This document shows, piece after piece, positions 8,220 to 16,688 of a stretch of 64,000 nucleotides of DNA. Location of the stretch: IMG/VR virus record IMGVR_UViG_3300038301_000548, positions 64,001 through 128,000 of that record. The stretch is one strand, 5' to 3'. The translations under genes were made by a program, and so were the position numbers. A model generated the notes under the pieces. It saw only the letters and a program-made list of their open reading frames with translations, was not told the DNA's origin and made no database searches. Source of the stretch: a virus. Positions within the stretch are counted from its first letter, which is position 1; each line of letters opens with the position of its first letter.

Positions 8220-9878
8220 TTACCCCACAAATATATAGTTTGGAACTCTCTCCAGCACTTTTGAGCTGTTCTCTAGCAATGCAGCATCCTGCTCTGCCAA
8301 TTTCATATAAGTCATCTCTGCCAGGGTTGTTTTAAGTTCTTCTCTCAGTTTTTCTTGTTCGTCTTTTCCTTCGGTGATAAGAGCAGTACCGTTCAAGGTT
8401 ACTGATTCACCTGGAATCGGAACTGAATTAAACTTAGACCTTACTTGTCCCAGCGTCTCCTTGCTTAGTGCCAGTGCAAAGCGTCTTATCCATTGCTTTC
8501 CAATTGAATTTATACTTGGAAAGGGTAAATTCCCGATGGGCAGGGTGTTCATGTTATTCACGCCGTCTATAGAAGAATCTTCGCCATCCCAAACATTTTC
8601 CGGAATAGAGAACTCAATCCACATCTTATCTGGGCCTCCACTGTATGGTCTTGGGTGGAGTCTTATCTTGTTATCTTTCAACTCATACGAATAGTGAGAC
8701 AACCTAGTATAGATTGCATCTTCGAAAGCCATAGCTTGGGCCTTGTTTTGCCAAGCGGGTACCAACTGAAATGTAGAGTCGTCTGAAAACTGCCCATAAT
8801 TGCTCAAGTTCCCTACAACGTTCAGGCCACCATAATACCCAAAGAACCTCCACATTGCGTGCGGGGTCTTGTAGAACACTTTTTTGACAAGGATTCTTTT
8901 ACCGTCAATTTTGCTTCCATATGGGTAAGTGTCCGAGCCGCCAGAAAAACTAACAATAGTAGCATCATTCATATGTGACGATGATTTTGTTATTGTTGTA
9001 TTTCCTCCCGAGCCGCCCTTGTCTTGTGTGAGTATAACCTTTTTCGCGTCGGATGGGTCTTCCTTCGCCGTAATTTTGAGATGAGTATCGCTGTTGACAG
9101 CTGTGACTATCAAGTCTACTACTCCTTCTGCCTTTGCCGCGGCTGCAGCTTCGTTATCAATAGTATCTATTCCTAATATCACTGGGCTAGTGTTGTATTT
9201 TGAGGTGCTGGTTGAACTATCAAATTGAAATTTTCTAGTATTTCCGTTTGTGTCAACCAGTGTAAAGGTGCCACCGTTGCCCGGTGAGTCTGAAAATGTC
9301 ATGGAGCCACCTGCACTTGGGTTTAGGCGCGATTCTAAAATTGCCTGAAGATCATAATCCTGCTTACCTGTAGTGATTCCAAAACTAGCAGAATATTGCA
9401 CTGAGGAATTCATACTGATTTCGGCGCCGATTCCGTTGGCGACTCGGCGGGTCATGCCATATTCAAATTTAGGATACTTCAGTGCCACATGGTCACCACC
9501 TAGAGAAGAACTTAACTCTCCAGACAGGATATTCCCTTTTGAATCAAAGCTGCCGGTTGTATTTCCTAGTGCATCGGACAGGATATTCGAGGCTTGGTGG
9601 ATGTTTATAAGATAGGAATATTCCAATACAGACTCTTCATATGCTGCATAGACATTCCCTTCCGTTAGTTCGATATCCAGCACATCGCCTCCCAGTTTCT
9701 TGTAAACATAAGAAACCTGATCGGCGGCGCCTGTTAAGAACTGCGTCGAGTATAGGGGCCCCGATGAATCGGAGTATATTTTATAAGGTAGAGTCTCGTT
9801 AACTTTAAGTGCTGAACCTGTCGAAGGCAGTACTATAGCCGATAACGTGCTCGCTGGCGTCAATGTAGGTAAAGACAT
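8220..9878 (-). CDS. Neck / head-tail adaptor protein (T4 gp13-like) with an inserted domain
   Basis: LGGDVLDIELT and WIRRFALALSKETLGQVRSKFNSVPIPGESVTLNG..LITEGKDEQEKLREEL motifs. Confidence 0.8.
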   Translation of the reverse strand: MSLPTLTPASTLSAIVLPSTGSALKVNETLPYKIYSDSSGPLYSTQFLTGAADQVSYVYKKLGGDVLDIELTEGNVYAAYEESVLEYSYLINIHQASNILSDALGNTTGSFDSKGNILSGELSSSLGGDHVALKYPKFEYGMTRRVANGIGAEISMNSSVQYSASFGITTGKQDYDLQAILESRLNPSAGGSMTFSDSPGNGGTFTLVDTNGNTRKFQFDSSTSTSKYNTSPVILGIDTIDNEAAAAAKAEGVVDLIVTAVNSDTHLKITAKEDPSDAKKVILTQDKGGSGGNTTITKSSSHMNDATIVSFSGGSDTYPYGSKIDGKRILVKKVFYKTPHAMWRFFGYYGGLNVVGNLSNYGQFSDDSTFQLVPAWQNKAQAMAFEDAIYTRLSHYSYELKDNKIRLHPRPYSGGPDKMWIEFSIPENVWDGEDSSIDGVNNMNTLPIGNLPFPSINSIGKQWIRRFALALSKETLGQVRSKFNSVPIPGESVTLNGTALITEGKDEQEKLREELKTTLAEMTYMKLAEQDAALLENSSKVLERVPNYIFVG

Positions 9879-9939
9879 TCATAGGACCTCGCAAGTTAAT
9901 ATATATCAATATAACTAGTCTATGAGCCTACTAAATAGC

Positions 9940-10305
9940 CTAAGAGACTGCTTTTGTTTTTGTAGCCTTACGCTTACGCGTTGTTGCCGTCTTCTTAGTG
10001 GCAGGTTTCTTTATAATAGCCGGCGGCGTTTCACTCTTTACTGGCTGCTTCACTGTGTCTGTTGTGGTAGCTTGCTTTAGAGCGTTTGGCACAGTTTTCG
10101 CTATGACTGGCTCTGGTGTAGGCGCCTTGACAATACTTTCCTCTTTTGGCTCTTCGTTAGTGATAGCTATTGTGCTTTCTTCAGTTTCTTCTTCAATACC
10201 CATATCTATAACTTGGCGGCCGTTGAGCTTTGCTACGCTCTCTCTAAATGCCGCGGCTTTTGCCTTATACTTTGGACTTCTTAATTTTCTTGCTTTCTTA
10301 CCCAT
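9940..10305 (-). CDS. Hypothetical Lys/Thr/Pro-rich basic protein
   Basis: Track start 10353 overlaps the terminator; ATG at 10305 (MGKKARK) has an AAAGGAG SD. Histone-like basic tail KKPATKKTATTRKRKATK. Confidence 0.65.
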   Translation of the reverse strand: MGKKARKLRSPKYKAKAAAFRESVAKLNGRQVIDMGIEEETEESTIAITNEEPKEESIVKAPTPEPVIAKTVPNALKQATTTDTVKQPVKSETPPAIIKKPATKKTATTRKRKATKTKAVS

Positions 10306-10356
10306 GATATCTCCTTTGTTTTCAATGGTAGCATAAGTAAATAGTTTGGACATAAA

Positions 10357-10388
10357 AAAACCCCCAACCAGGATTGGAAGGGGGTTTT
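10357..10388 (-). terminator. Rho-independent terminator
   Basis: AAAACCCCC...GGGGGTTTT stem with a 7-T tract on the minus strand. Confidence 0.8.
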
Positions 10389-10408
10389 AGAAGATTTGTT
10401 AAATCTTA

Positions 10409-10972
10409 TTAGATGCCAGTTGCGCTGGATTCACTGTTACCTGTTAACGCCGGTGTGCCGCCGCTGGTGACACCTACACCAGAAAGGTGCACCAAATTTG
10501 CACCATAGTATGTAAAAGTATAATGCGAACCAACAGCTCCGCCGGCGTGTGCATTATCATCTGAGTCGATAACAATGCATTTTGCGTCAGCGACCAGTGC
10601 GGTTTGATCCGGTGTGGCGGTCGAATCGAAATCGCACAAAGAAACAGTTCCAATCATCTTTGTAGAACCGGCGTCTGCAAAGCCTAGCTTGAATTCAGTG
10701 TCAGATGCACTAGCACCAAATACAATCTTAATAACCATGCCGGCATTAGCTGCAGTGGCTTGTGGCAAGGTAATTGCACCAGCTTGGGCGCCTGTATATA
10801 CGATTGTAGCATCCGACGCGGTTGCTGTTAAATCGTGTGCAGTTGTAGCAGAACGAACTGTAACGTCTGCATTTCTAACTCCCTTAAGAGATGACCCGCC
10901 TAAATCAAGTTCCCTCTTCAAATTCTCCATTAGTGCCTCGACTCTCGCGAGACCTATTCTTTTAGTACCCAT
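10409..10972 (-). CDS. Putative capsid decoration / head fibre protein
   Basis: Directly downstream of the MCP; short N-terminal helix (MGTKRIGLARVEALMENLKREL) plus a small-residue beta domain (AITLPQATAANAGMVIKIV). Function inferred from position. Confidence 0.45.
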   Translation of the reverse strand: MGTKRIGLARVEALMENLKRELDLGGSSLKGVRNADVTVRSATTAHDLTATASDATIVYTGAQAGAITLPQATAANAGMVIKIVFGASASDTEFKLGFADAGSTKMIGTVSLCDFDSTATPDQTALVADAKCIVIDSDDNAHAGGAVGSHYTFTYYGANLVHLSGVGVTSGGTPALTGNSESSATGI

Positions 10973-11068
10973 ATTTATAACCCTCCATTGGTTTTACCAT
11001 TTATAATCATGTCATGAAACTGGGTAGTTCATTACAATCACTAATAATTAGTGCTTTAAAAAACGAAA

Positions 11069-11094
11069 CCCCCGACCAAATTAATGATCGGGGG
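11069..11094 (-). terminator. Rho-independent terminator after the major capsid gene
   Basis: CCCCCGATC/GGTCGGGGG stem followed by TTTCGTTTTTT on the minus strand. Confidence 0.8.
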
Positions 11095-11126
11095 CTAAGT
11101 TCATTTAATCGCTAATGAATTAAATA

Positions 11127-13160
11127 TTAGGCCTTTGCTCCTGCCTCACCGAGGAGGCCGCGAACAATGACAAGACCATACATATCTGGTCGAACCATCT
11201 TCTTGGCGTATCGGGTCATGACACCCTTACGTGGCACGAAGTCTTCCGTGCCGAAAATGGTTGGTGTCACCTGGAGTGGCACATATGGAGCGTAGACAAA
11301 TCCACTTTCGAGGAAGCTACTACCCTTACGACCAACAAGCAACACGTTACGCAAGAAGTAAGGGTCGACGTATACGTCAAACTTCTTACTCAAGCTACCA
11401 GACTTAACAGCACCGATGGTGCCGCGGTCTTGGTCAGCAGTTACGCTTGCGCGGAAGCCACTGGTGAATTCCAAGATGTTTGCAACTTCTGGGGAGCAAA
11501 CAACGAAGTTTGCGCCGCCGCGAAGTGTCTTTCTGTGGATCTGAGCACTAACATCGTTGATAGTCTCAATGAGTGTCTCATACCACTCACTGACCGTACC
11601 AGTGAAGTCAGGTGCTGCAGAACTTGCACCAATCTCTGCGCCAGAGCTGTCAACGAATAGACCTGGTGCGCGACTCCAATAACGAGTGCCGGCGGTGGCG
11701 CCAGAAACAAGCTCTCCAAGAAGTTCACGGTCAATTTCCAGAGCAATCTGCTCAGAAAGAATACCAGTAAGCTCAACCTCTGCGTCCAAGTTGTGATAAG
11801 CATTGAGGTCTTGACCCAATTCTGGGGACCACTTCGCCTTCAACTTCTTGGTCTGTGCGGTGACAGCGATACTGTCAACCTTGATGTCGATCTCAGCCAT
11901 AGTGTTCTTGCCAGTTCTTGAAGCGGAAGAACTGTTTCCAGCTGAAGCGGGGTTTGGCTCTTCAAGTGGCATTGCACCAGCCTGAAGGGCACCGAGGCCA
12001 ACTGCGTTGATATCGTCGCGGACAGGGAACTGAACCGACATGGTGGTGGCCTCAAAATCGGTTGCAAGAGCGTCAGTAACAGTTGAAGCCAAGTTTAGCT
12101 TCACTGCGGTTGAAAGCGCTACCAATTCACGAGCCTGAGCGGCCGTCTGTTCTCCAGCGGCCATAGTAATGCCAGCTGCGGTGACGTCGGCGGCTGGGAT
12201 TTGGTGCACAGAAACCAGCTTCCATACAACTCTCTCAATAGCAGTAACAATCTTCAAACCTTCGCTTCCGGTTTTGGTCTTAAGTTTTGTAAGTCTTCTT
12301 ACCTGGCGGACCTTGATAACAAGAGCGTTGTTATCAACGAGGGTATTTCCAGCAACAGCGTGAAGAGCCAAAGGATCCTTGGCTGCATCGGTCAGATCGT
12401 CCGAGTCTACTTGGCAAGTAACAACAATATCGCCAGAGCGATCGTCAACAATCAAGGAACCTTCGTCTGTAGCTGCGATGGTTGGGATTGCCTTTGGTCG
12501 AATGTCGATTGCGCCAACATTTCTTGGTGAGCACTGCAACAACTGTGCAGCGGTTGGGCTACCAGCGGTTACGGTACCAAGCATGACTTCTTCGCCCTTA
12601 AGATCAGCGTCGTAGTCGAGTGCTTGAGTGCTTTCAGGATCGGCCTGTCTCGCGACGCCAAGGTTTGCATTAGCAAGGTCATGCGTTGAATTGGCGTTAG
12701 CATATCCAGCGCCGAGGCCGTAGAAGCCTCCCTGCTCGATTTCCTGAACACCATCAACGATTTCCTTACCTACGATGCCGCCACCGTACAATGATGAGCC
12801 GGCGCCTTGGCCAGCTCTTGAAGACTCGTGCGTGAAATCCAAGAAGAAGATTAGTCCACTTGGTAGACTCATTGGCTGAACGCTAACGAGATCGTTTGCA
12901 ATCAATCCACCGAATACACGACGAACGATTGGGAATGCAACTGCTGCGAAGCCTTCGACATCGCCAGCTGCCATAGAAGAAGCTTCGCGAAGAAGTTCCT
13001 TGGCCTGATTTTCAAGTAGGACGGCCATGCCCTGTCTCTGCTGTCCTTCGTTAAGTCCCTGAAGAAGACCTGTAGCTTCCCACTTGTTAAGTAGTGCTTC
13101 ACCTTCTTTCTGAACGTTACGCTGGACAACACCTTCAGTTAGTTTTTGTAATACAGACAT
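11127..13160 (-). CDS. Major capsid protein (T4 gp23-like), 677 aa
   Basis: FPIVRRVFGGLIANDLVSVQPMSLPSGLIF, KKLKAKWSPELGQDLNAYHNLDAEVEL, YAPYVPL, GVMTRYA motifs; GGAGG SD; high-GC codon usage. Confidence 0.97.
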   Translation of the reverse strand: MSVLQKLTEGVVQRNVQKEGEALLNKWEATGLLQGLNEGQQRQGMAVLLENQAKELLREASSMAAGDVEGFAAVAFPIVRRVFGGLIANDLVSVQPMSLPSGLIFFLDFTHESSRAGQGAGSSLYGGGIVGKEIVDGVQEIEQGGFYGLGAGYANANSTHDLANANLGVARQADPESTQALDYDADLKGEEVMLGTVTAGSPTAAQLLQCSPRNVGAIDIRPKAIPTIAATDEGSLIVDDRSGDIVVTCQVDSDDLTDAAKDPLALHAVAGNTLVDNNALVIKVRQVRRLTKLKTKTGSEGLKIVTAIERVVWKLVSVHQIPAADVTAAGITMAAGEQTAAQARELVALSTAVKLNLASTVTDALATDFEATTMSVQFPVRDDINAVGLGALQAGAMPLEEPNPASAGNSSSASRTGKNTMAEIDIKVDSIAVTAQTKKLKAKWSPELGQDLNAYHNLDAEVELTGILSEQIALEIDRELLGELVSGATAGTRYWSRAPGLFVDSSGAEIGASSAAPDFTGTVSEWYETLIETINDVSAQIHRKTLRGGANFVVCSPEVANILEFTSGFRASVTADQDRGTIGAVKSGSLSKKFDVYVDPYFLRNVLLVGRKGSSFLESGFVYAPYVPLQVTPTIFGTEDFVPRKGVMTRYAKKMVRPDMYGLVIVRGLLGEAGAKA

Positions 13161-13185
13161 TGTATTATACCTCCAAAAATATTGT

Positions 13186-14382
13186 TTATTGTTTAAGTCC
13201 TGCTAACTTTCGCAATCTTTCGAATGCTGGATTAGCTTCCGTTTGTTTTTGCTCTTCACGAGCGGCGACAAGTAGCGTTGATCGTCTTGATACTGCTTCA
13301 CTAAGGCTGTTCTTTCTCTTTTCTGCAGAAGAAGAGGAGACAGTTTCGTGGAGTGTATCAAACACTATCTTTGCTTCCTGTACTGTTGTGGCTTTGGAAA
13401 TGGATTCAACAATTTTTTGTTTTTGTCGCTCATTCAGGGAGGCATTCTCTAAAGCCCGGTTAATATACAGCAACTTCGCGTTAGAAACATTTGTGGTTTC
13501 CAACTTTTCTTGCAAAGTCTCGAATGCTGTTGTGTATTTATCGTTCTGTGCCTTTAATTTTTCGGCAGCAGATCCTAAAATCTTGTTTTCTTTTTGTAAA
13601 TTAGCAACTGTTTTGCGTAATTCTTCGTTTTCTTCCTTTACTTTGCTATCTTGCTCTCTAGCGAGTAGCATTGACTCATATTCTCTCATGAGTGGTTCGG
13701 GGGTGCCGGCCCAGCCGCTCTTTTGTGGTTCAAAGTCGACTCTGACAGCCTCTACCATCTCTTCTATATCGATTTCCTCGTCTATACCCATCTCACTTAG
13801 CACTTCTGCCACCATTTCAGGAGAAATGTTGATGTCAGGCGATTGTGATGGTGCAGTATCGATAGGATCAACTCTTGGGCTTAGGTCTAAGTCGACTTCG
13901 TTGTCGGCTAGTGAAGTATCGAAGTCATCTTCTATATCGATGCCAATACTATCGGCGCCAAGACCTAACTCTTCCTCTTCTGGGAACTCAGCTCTGAGGG
14001 AGTCTAGTTTTATCTCTATAATCTCGTCTTCAGGATCTCCCAGGTCTGGGTCGAACGCGTCTGGAATATCAGCGACAATGGAATCTTCATATGGGTTCTC
14101 TTCCATTCCAGGTTCTGTTGGGTCTTCCATGCCTAGGTCATCAACCATTGGGTCAGACTCGAGGCCAAGATCATCGGCCATTGGGTCAGCGCCAAGTCCT
14201 AAATCATCAGACATGGGATCATCTTCTGCAAATGGGTCATCGCCGGGAGCCTCAAGAAGAGTCTGCATCGCACTTTTGACTTCTTGGGAATATTTTTCAA
14301 TCACCAGATTTTCAGCGTTCTTTAGGGCCGCTTCTTTGAGTGCTGTTGCATCGATAATGGCTCTTTCTAATAGGCTTGACAT
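13186..14382 (-). CDS. Prohead core / scaffold protein (gp22-like)
   Basis: Acidic coiled-coil protein immediately upstream of the MCP; NAKLLYINRAL..LNERQK.KIVESI..A.TVQEAKIVFDTL, ends FERLRKLAGL. Confidence 0.75.
   Translation of the reverse strand: MSSLLERAIIDATALKEAALKNAENLVIEKYSQEVKSAMQTLLEAPGDDPFAEDDPMSDDLGLGADPMADDLGLESDPMVDDLGMEDPTEPGMEENPYEDSIVADIPDAFDPDLGDPEDEIIEIKLDSLRAEFPEEEELGLGADSIGIDIEDDFDTSLADNEVDLDLSPRVDPIDTAPSQSPDINISPEMVAEVLSEMGIDEEIDIEEMVEAVRVDFEPQKSGWAGTPEPLMREYESMLLAREQDSKVKEENEELRKTVANLQKENKILGSAAEKLKAQNDKYTTAFETLQEKLETTNVSNAKLLYINRALENASLNERQKQKIVESISKATTVQEAKIVFDTLHETVSSSSAEKRKNSLSEAVSRRSTLLVAAREEQKQTEANPAFERLRKLAGLKQ
14133..14223 (-). repeat. Three tandem 11-aa repeats DPM(S/A/V)DDLG in the scaffold gene
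   Basis: DPMSDDLGLGA-DPMADDLGLES-DPMVDDLGMED, 33-nt period. Confidence 0.8.
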
Positions 14383-14438
14383 GTTTTGTAACTCCTAAAA
14401 ATACGTATTTAAAACAAAATAATGGTAGTTTCTCTAAA

Positions 14439-14446
14439 TAAATAGT
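14439..14446 (-). promoter_or_regulatory. ACTATTTA motif upstream of the scaffold-MCP operon
   Basis: Plus-strand TAAATAGT about 57 nt before the scaffold ATG, in an intergenic gap. Confidence 0.5.
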
Positions 14447-14488
14447 TTTGGAACTTTTAAACGGAGAGAAAAAGTTTTGGTGGGTGTT

Positions 14489-14854
14489 TTAGAAGGTGGA
14501 ACAGGCTAGCCAAAGTTCAGTGAGATTTTGGGCCACAGCCTTGATTTTAACTTTATCGATTCCGGAAATTTCCTTTATTGTATGTTTGCGCGTGGACGAG
14601 GTTGCGATGCCAGCCTCCACTAGTGCCCAGACACCTGTTGCATGCATATATCCCCAAATTTCCAAAGTGCCATTGCCTGCGGCCGTAGCAGTAATGTGCA
14701 AAAACCTTTGATTTTCTGTAAGGCACTCACTAGATTCTGCCGCGGCGTTGACTGTGGCAGCGGCGCCGGAGCTATTAATCCCTGCTCGATTAGAGGATAA
14801 GATATTCTTAGGGCTTCTCGTTCTGCCCCAACTAGTATGTTTAAATTGTGCCAT
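14489..14854 (-). CDS. Hypothetical protein, tandem paralog A (HTSWGRTRSPK ... CSTF)
   Basis: ORF track; shares N-terminal SWGRTRSPK, TENQR(F/Y)L and C-terminal CSTF with its neighbour. Confidence 0.75.
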   Translation of the reverse strand: MAQFKHTSWGRTRSPKNILSSNRAGINSSGAAATVNAAAESSECLTENQRFLHITATAAGNGTLEIWGYMHATGVWALVEAGIATSSTRKHTIKEISGIDKVKIKAVAQNLTELWLACSTF

Positions 14855-14863
14855 TATAATCTC

Positions 14864-15283
14864 CTAAAAAGTGCTACACGAAGCGTAAACTGCAGTTGGT
14901 GCATCGGCCCAGGCCCCAGTGTCTCGAACAAAGGCCACCCTGTCTACACCAGCTATCTCTATTTTGTAAGTTGTATTCTGCGTTATTGCATCACAATTTA
15001 TCATTTGAAAAAATGACCAAATACCTGTTGCATGAAGATAGACCCAGACTTCAATATCTTGACCCGGGTCGTCTGTTCCGTCATTATCCACTGTTACAAA
15101 CAAGTATCTTTGATTTTCCGTGACATATCCGGCAGTTCCGTCAGTTGCAGTAACACCAGTAGGTGTGGCGCCATGAGCTAGAACAACCACTGGGCTGGTT
15201 CTTTGTCCTGCAATCAAACCTTTTGGGCTTCTCGTTCTGCCCCAGCTTTGGTGCGTATGAAAGGAATTTGGTAACTCGGACAT
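14864..15283 (-). CDS. Hypothetical protein, tandem paralog B (HQSWGRTRSPK ... CSTF)
   Basis: ORF track; GGAG SD; same motifs as its neighbour. Confidence 0.75.
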   Translation of the reverse strand: MSELPNSFHTHQSWGRTRSPKGLIAGQRTSPVVVLAHGATPTGVTATDGTAGYVTENQRYLFVTVDNDGTDDPGQDIEVWVYLHATGIWSFFQMINCDAITQNTTYKIEIAGVDRVAFVRDTGAWADAPTAVYASCSTF

Positions 15284-15303
15284 TCTAGAGATTCTCCAAT
15301 ATT

Positions 15304-15543
15304 TTAATTATATTCATTTTCGAATTTCTTCTTATATTTTTCGGTTGCTTTTTTTGCTAACCTCTTTTTCTCTAATCTTTTGAGCCTACGCTTGACCGAA
15401 GGCTTTGTATAGTAACGACGCTCTCTTACTTCTTCTAGGATTCCAGACTTTTTAACTTTTCTAGAAAACTTTTTAATCATTTTTTCGATTTGCTCTTGAT
15501 CTCTAATGTACACCTCAACGTGCACTGGTGTTCTTCTGCCCAT
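15304..15543 (-). CDS. rpsU: Phage-encoded ribosomal protein bS21
   Basis: IEKMIKKFSRKVKKSGILEEVRERRYYTKPSVKRR matches the bS21 pattern (L..FKR.....G.L.E.R.R..Y.KPS). Confidence 0.9.
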   Translation of the reverse strand: MGRRTPVHVEVYIRDQEQIEKMIKKFSRKVKKSGILEEVRERRYYTKPSVKRRLKRLEKKRLAKKATEKYKKKFENEYN

Positions 15544-15553
15544 TATATTTCCT

Positions 15554-15973
15554 TTACTTTAGAATATTCCATTTGTTTCCTGCTAAGTTAAACAGGCCGC
15601 TGATATCAACGCCGGCGTCGCTTGGGCTGATTCCGGTCATTGGGCTTGGTGCGCCTGATGTTTGGGGGTCTCCCCCTCCTCTTAAAGGTTCGGTCCCTTC
15701 AAACACCCCTTTCATGCTTTCAGAACCAATCGCGTCAAGCATTCTTTTTTTTGTTTCGAGTATCTTGTTGCGACGGGCACTGTCCCTTTCTTCGAGAAGC
15801 TTCTTTTCTGGTACCTGATTTGGTGCTGGGGTTTGGTTACCTTCTGCCATTATAGTCTGCGCTTTGGTTAAACCGAAAGCAACTTCCGCAATTATTTCTG
15901 ATAAGACACCCTCTTCAAAAAGGGCTTCCTTTACACACTCTTTAATAATCGCTTTTAGTTCTGATTTCTTCAT
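15554..15973 (-). CDS. Hypothetical head-region protein (MKKSELKAIIKECVKEAL N-terminus)
   Basis: ORF track; abuts the prohead protease gene. Confidence 0.75.
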   Translation of the reverse strand: MKKSELKAIIKECVKEALFEEGVLSEIIAEVAFGLTKAQTIMAEGNQTPAPNQVPEKKLLEERDSARRNKILETKKRMLDAIGSESMKGVFEGTEPLRGGGDPQTSGAPSPMTGISPSDAGVDISGLFNLAGNKWNILK

Positions 15974-16576
15974 TTACTTCTCGAATTTGTATAATATGCT
16001 GTTTAGGGCTCTGTCTATCTTGTCACCGCGGGTGAATATATTCGAAGGGTCTCTTGCTTCTGTCATCATAAAGGCTCCGGGAGTCGAAGGGTCAGAGACC
16101 ATGTCGAAACAAATTAACTGAAAGTCATCTTCGACAAGTGTGACACCATTGCTTTCTTTAACCGAGCCCATGCCTCGAGAAGAAATTCCCAATTGTACCC
16201 CGGATTCCACTAGAGTCCTAAGGGTCTTGCCGGCCGGCGTATCGAGCACTCTTATTGTTCCTTTACAGTCTTTACCTTCCATCCATATTTTCGTCACCAT
16301 GTGGGACGCGTTTGCTAGATTGATGACAGAGCTGTCAGGGTGGTCTAGCTCGCCGAGGGCACGATTGTTTTGCACTAGACGGGCGTAGTTTTCAACCTCT
16401 CTCTCAAGAATAGCCTGAGGGTATACGCGGCCGTTACCATTTTTGGTTTCAGCACATTGCATTAGTCCGGACAACATCATGCCACCTTCTGATACAAACT
16501 TTTTATCTGCTTCAGTTAAAAGGTCTTGGCATATGCCGCCATCACACAATTGGTAATATTCTCTTATAAGCTTCAT
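15974..16576 (-). CDS. Prohead core protease (T4 gp21-like)
   Basis: KNGNGRVYP, ALGELDHP (catalytic His), LGISSRGMGS (catalytic Ser), FDMVSDPSTPGA. Confidence 0.93.
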   Translation of the reverse strand: MKLIREYYQLCDGGICQDLLTEADKKFVSEGGMMLSGLMQCAETKNGNGRVYPQAILEREVENYARLVQNNRALGELDHPDSSVINLANASHMVTKIWMEGKDCKGTIRVLDTPAGKTLRTLVESGVQLGISSRGMGSVKESNGVTLVEDDFQLICFDMVSDPSTPGAFMMTEARDPSNIFTRGDKIDRALNSILYKFEK

Positions 16577-16592
16577 TTTCGTCCTCTCTTCT

Positions 16593-16609
16593 CGCGGGGG
16601 CCACCCGCG
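16593..16609 (-). promoter_or_regulatory. All-GC-stem hairpin between the CCKGS peptide and the protease RBS
   Basis: CGCGGG-TGGCC-CCCGCG on the minus strand; no U-tract; 5 nt upstream of the GAGAGGA SD. Confidence 0.5.
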
Positions 16610-16613
16610 TCAT

Positions 16614-16679
16614 CTACGATCCTTTACAGCAGTTAGCAACGGGTCGAATCATCCATCTTATAGTTGCGAAAGATTGCAT
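16614..16679 (-). CDS. 21-aa peptide MQSFATIRWMIRPVANCCKGS (below the ORF-track cutoff)
   Basis: Manual translation; GAGGAG SD 5 nt upstream of the ATG; in frame with the upstream membrane-protein ORF across its TGA. Confidence 0.55.
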   Translation of the reverse strand: MQSFATIRWMIRPVANCCKGS

Positions 16680-16688
16680 AGTAACTCC

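Noticed and set aside
13094-14398. 434-aa plus-strand ORF
   Set aside because: Antisense shadow of the scaffold gene; Ser-rich mirror of acidic codons, with no SD or recognisable motif.
14398-14409. 12-bp palindrome AAATACGTATTT before the scaffold RBS
   Set aside because: Short and AT-rich; compatible with chance.
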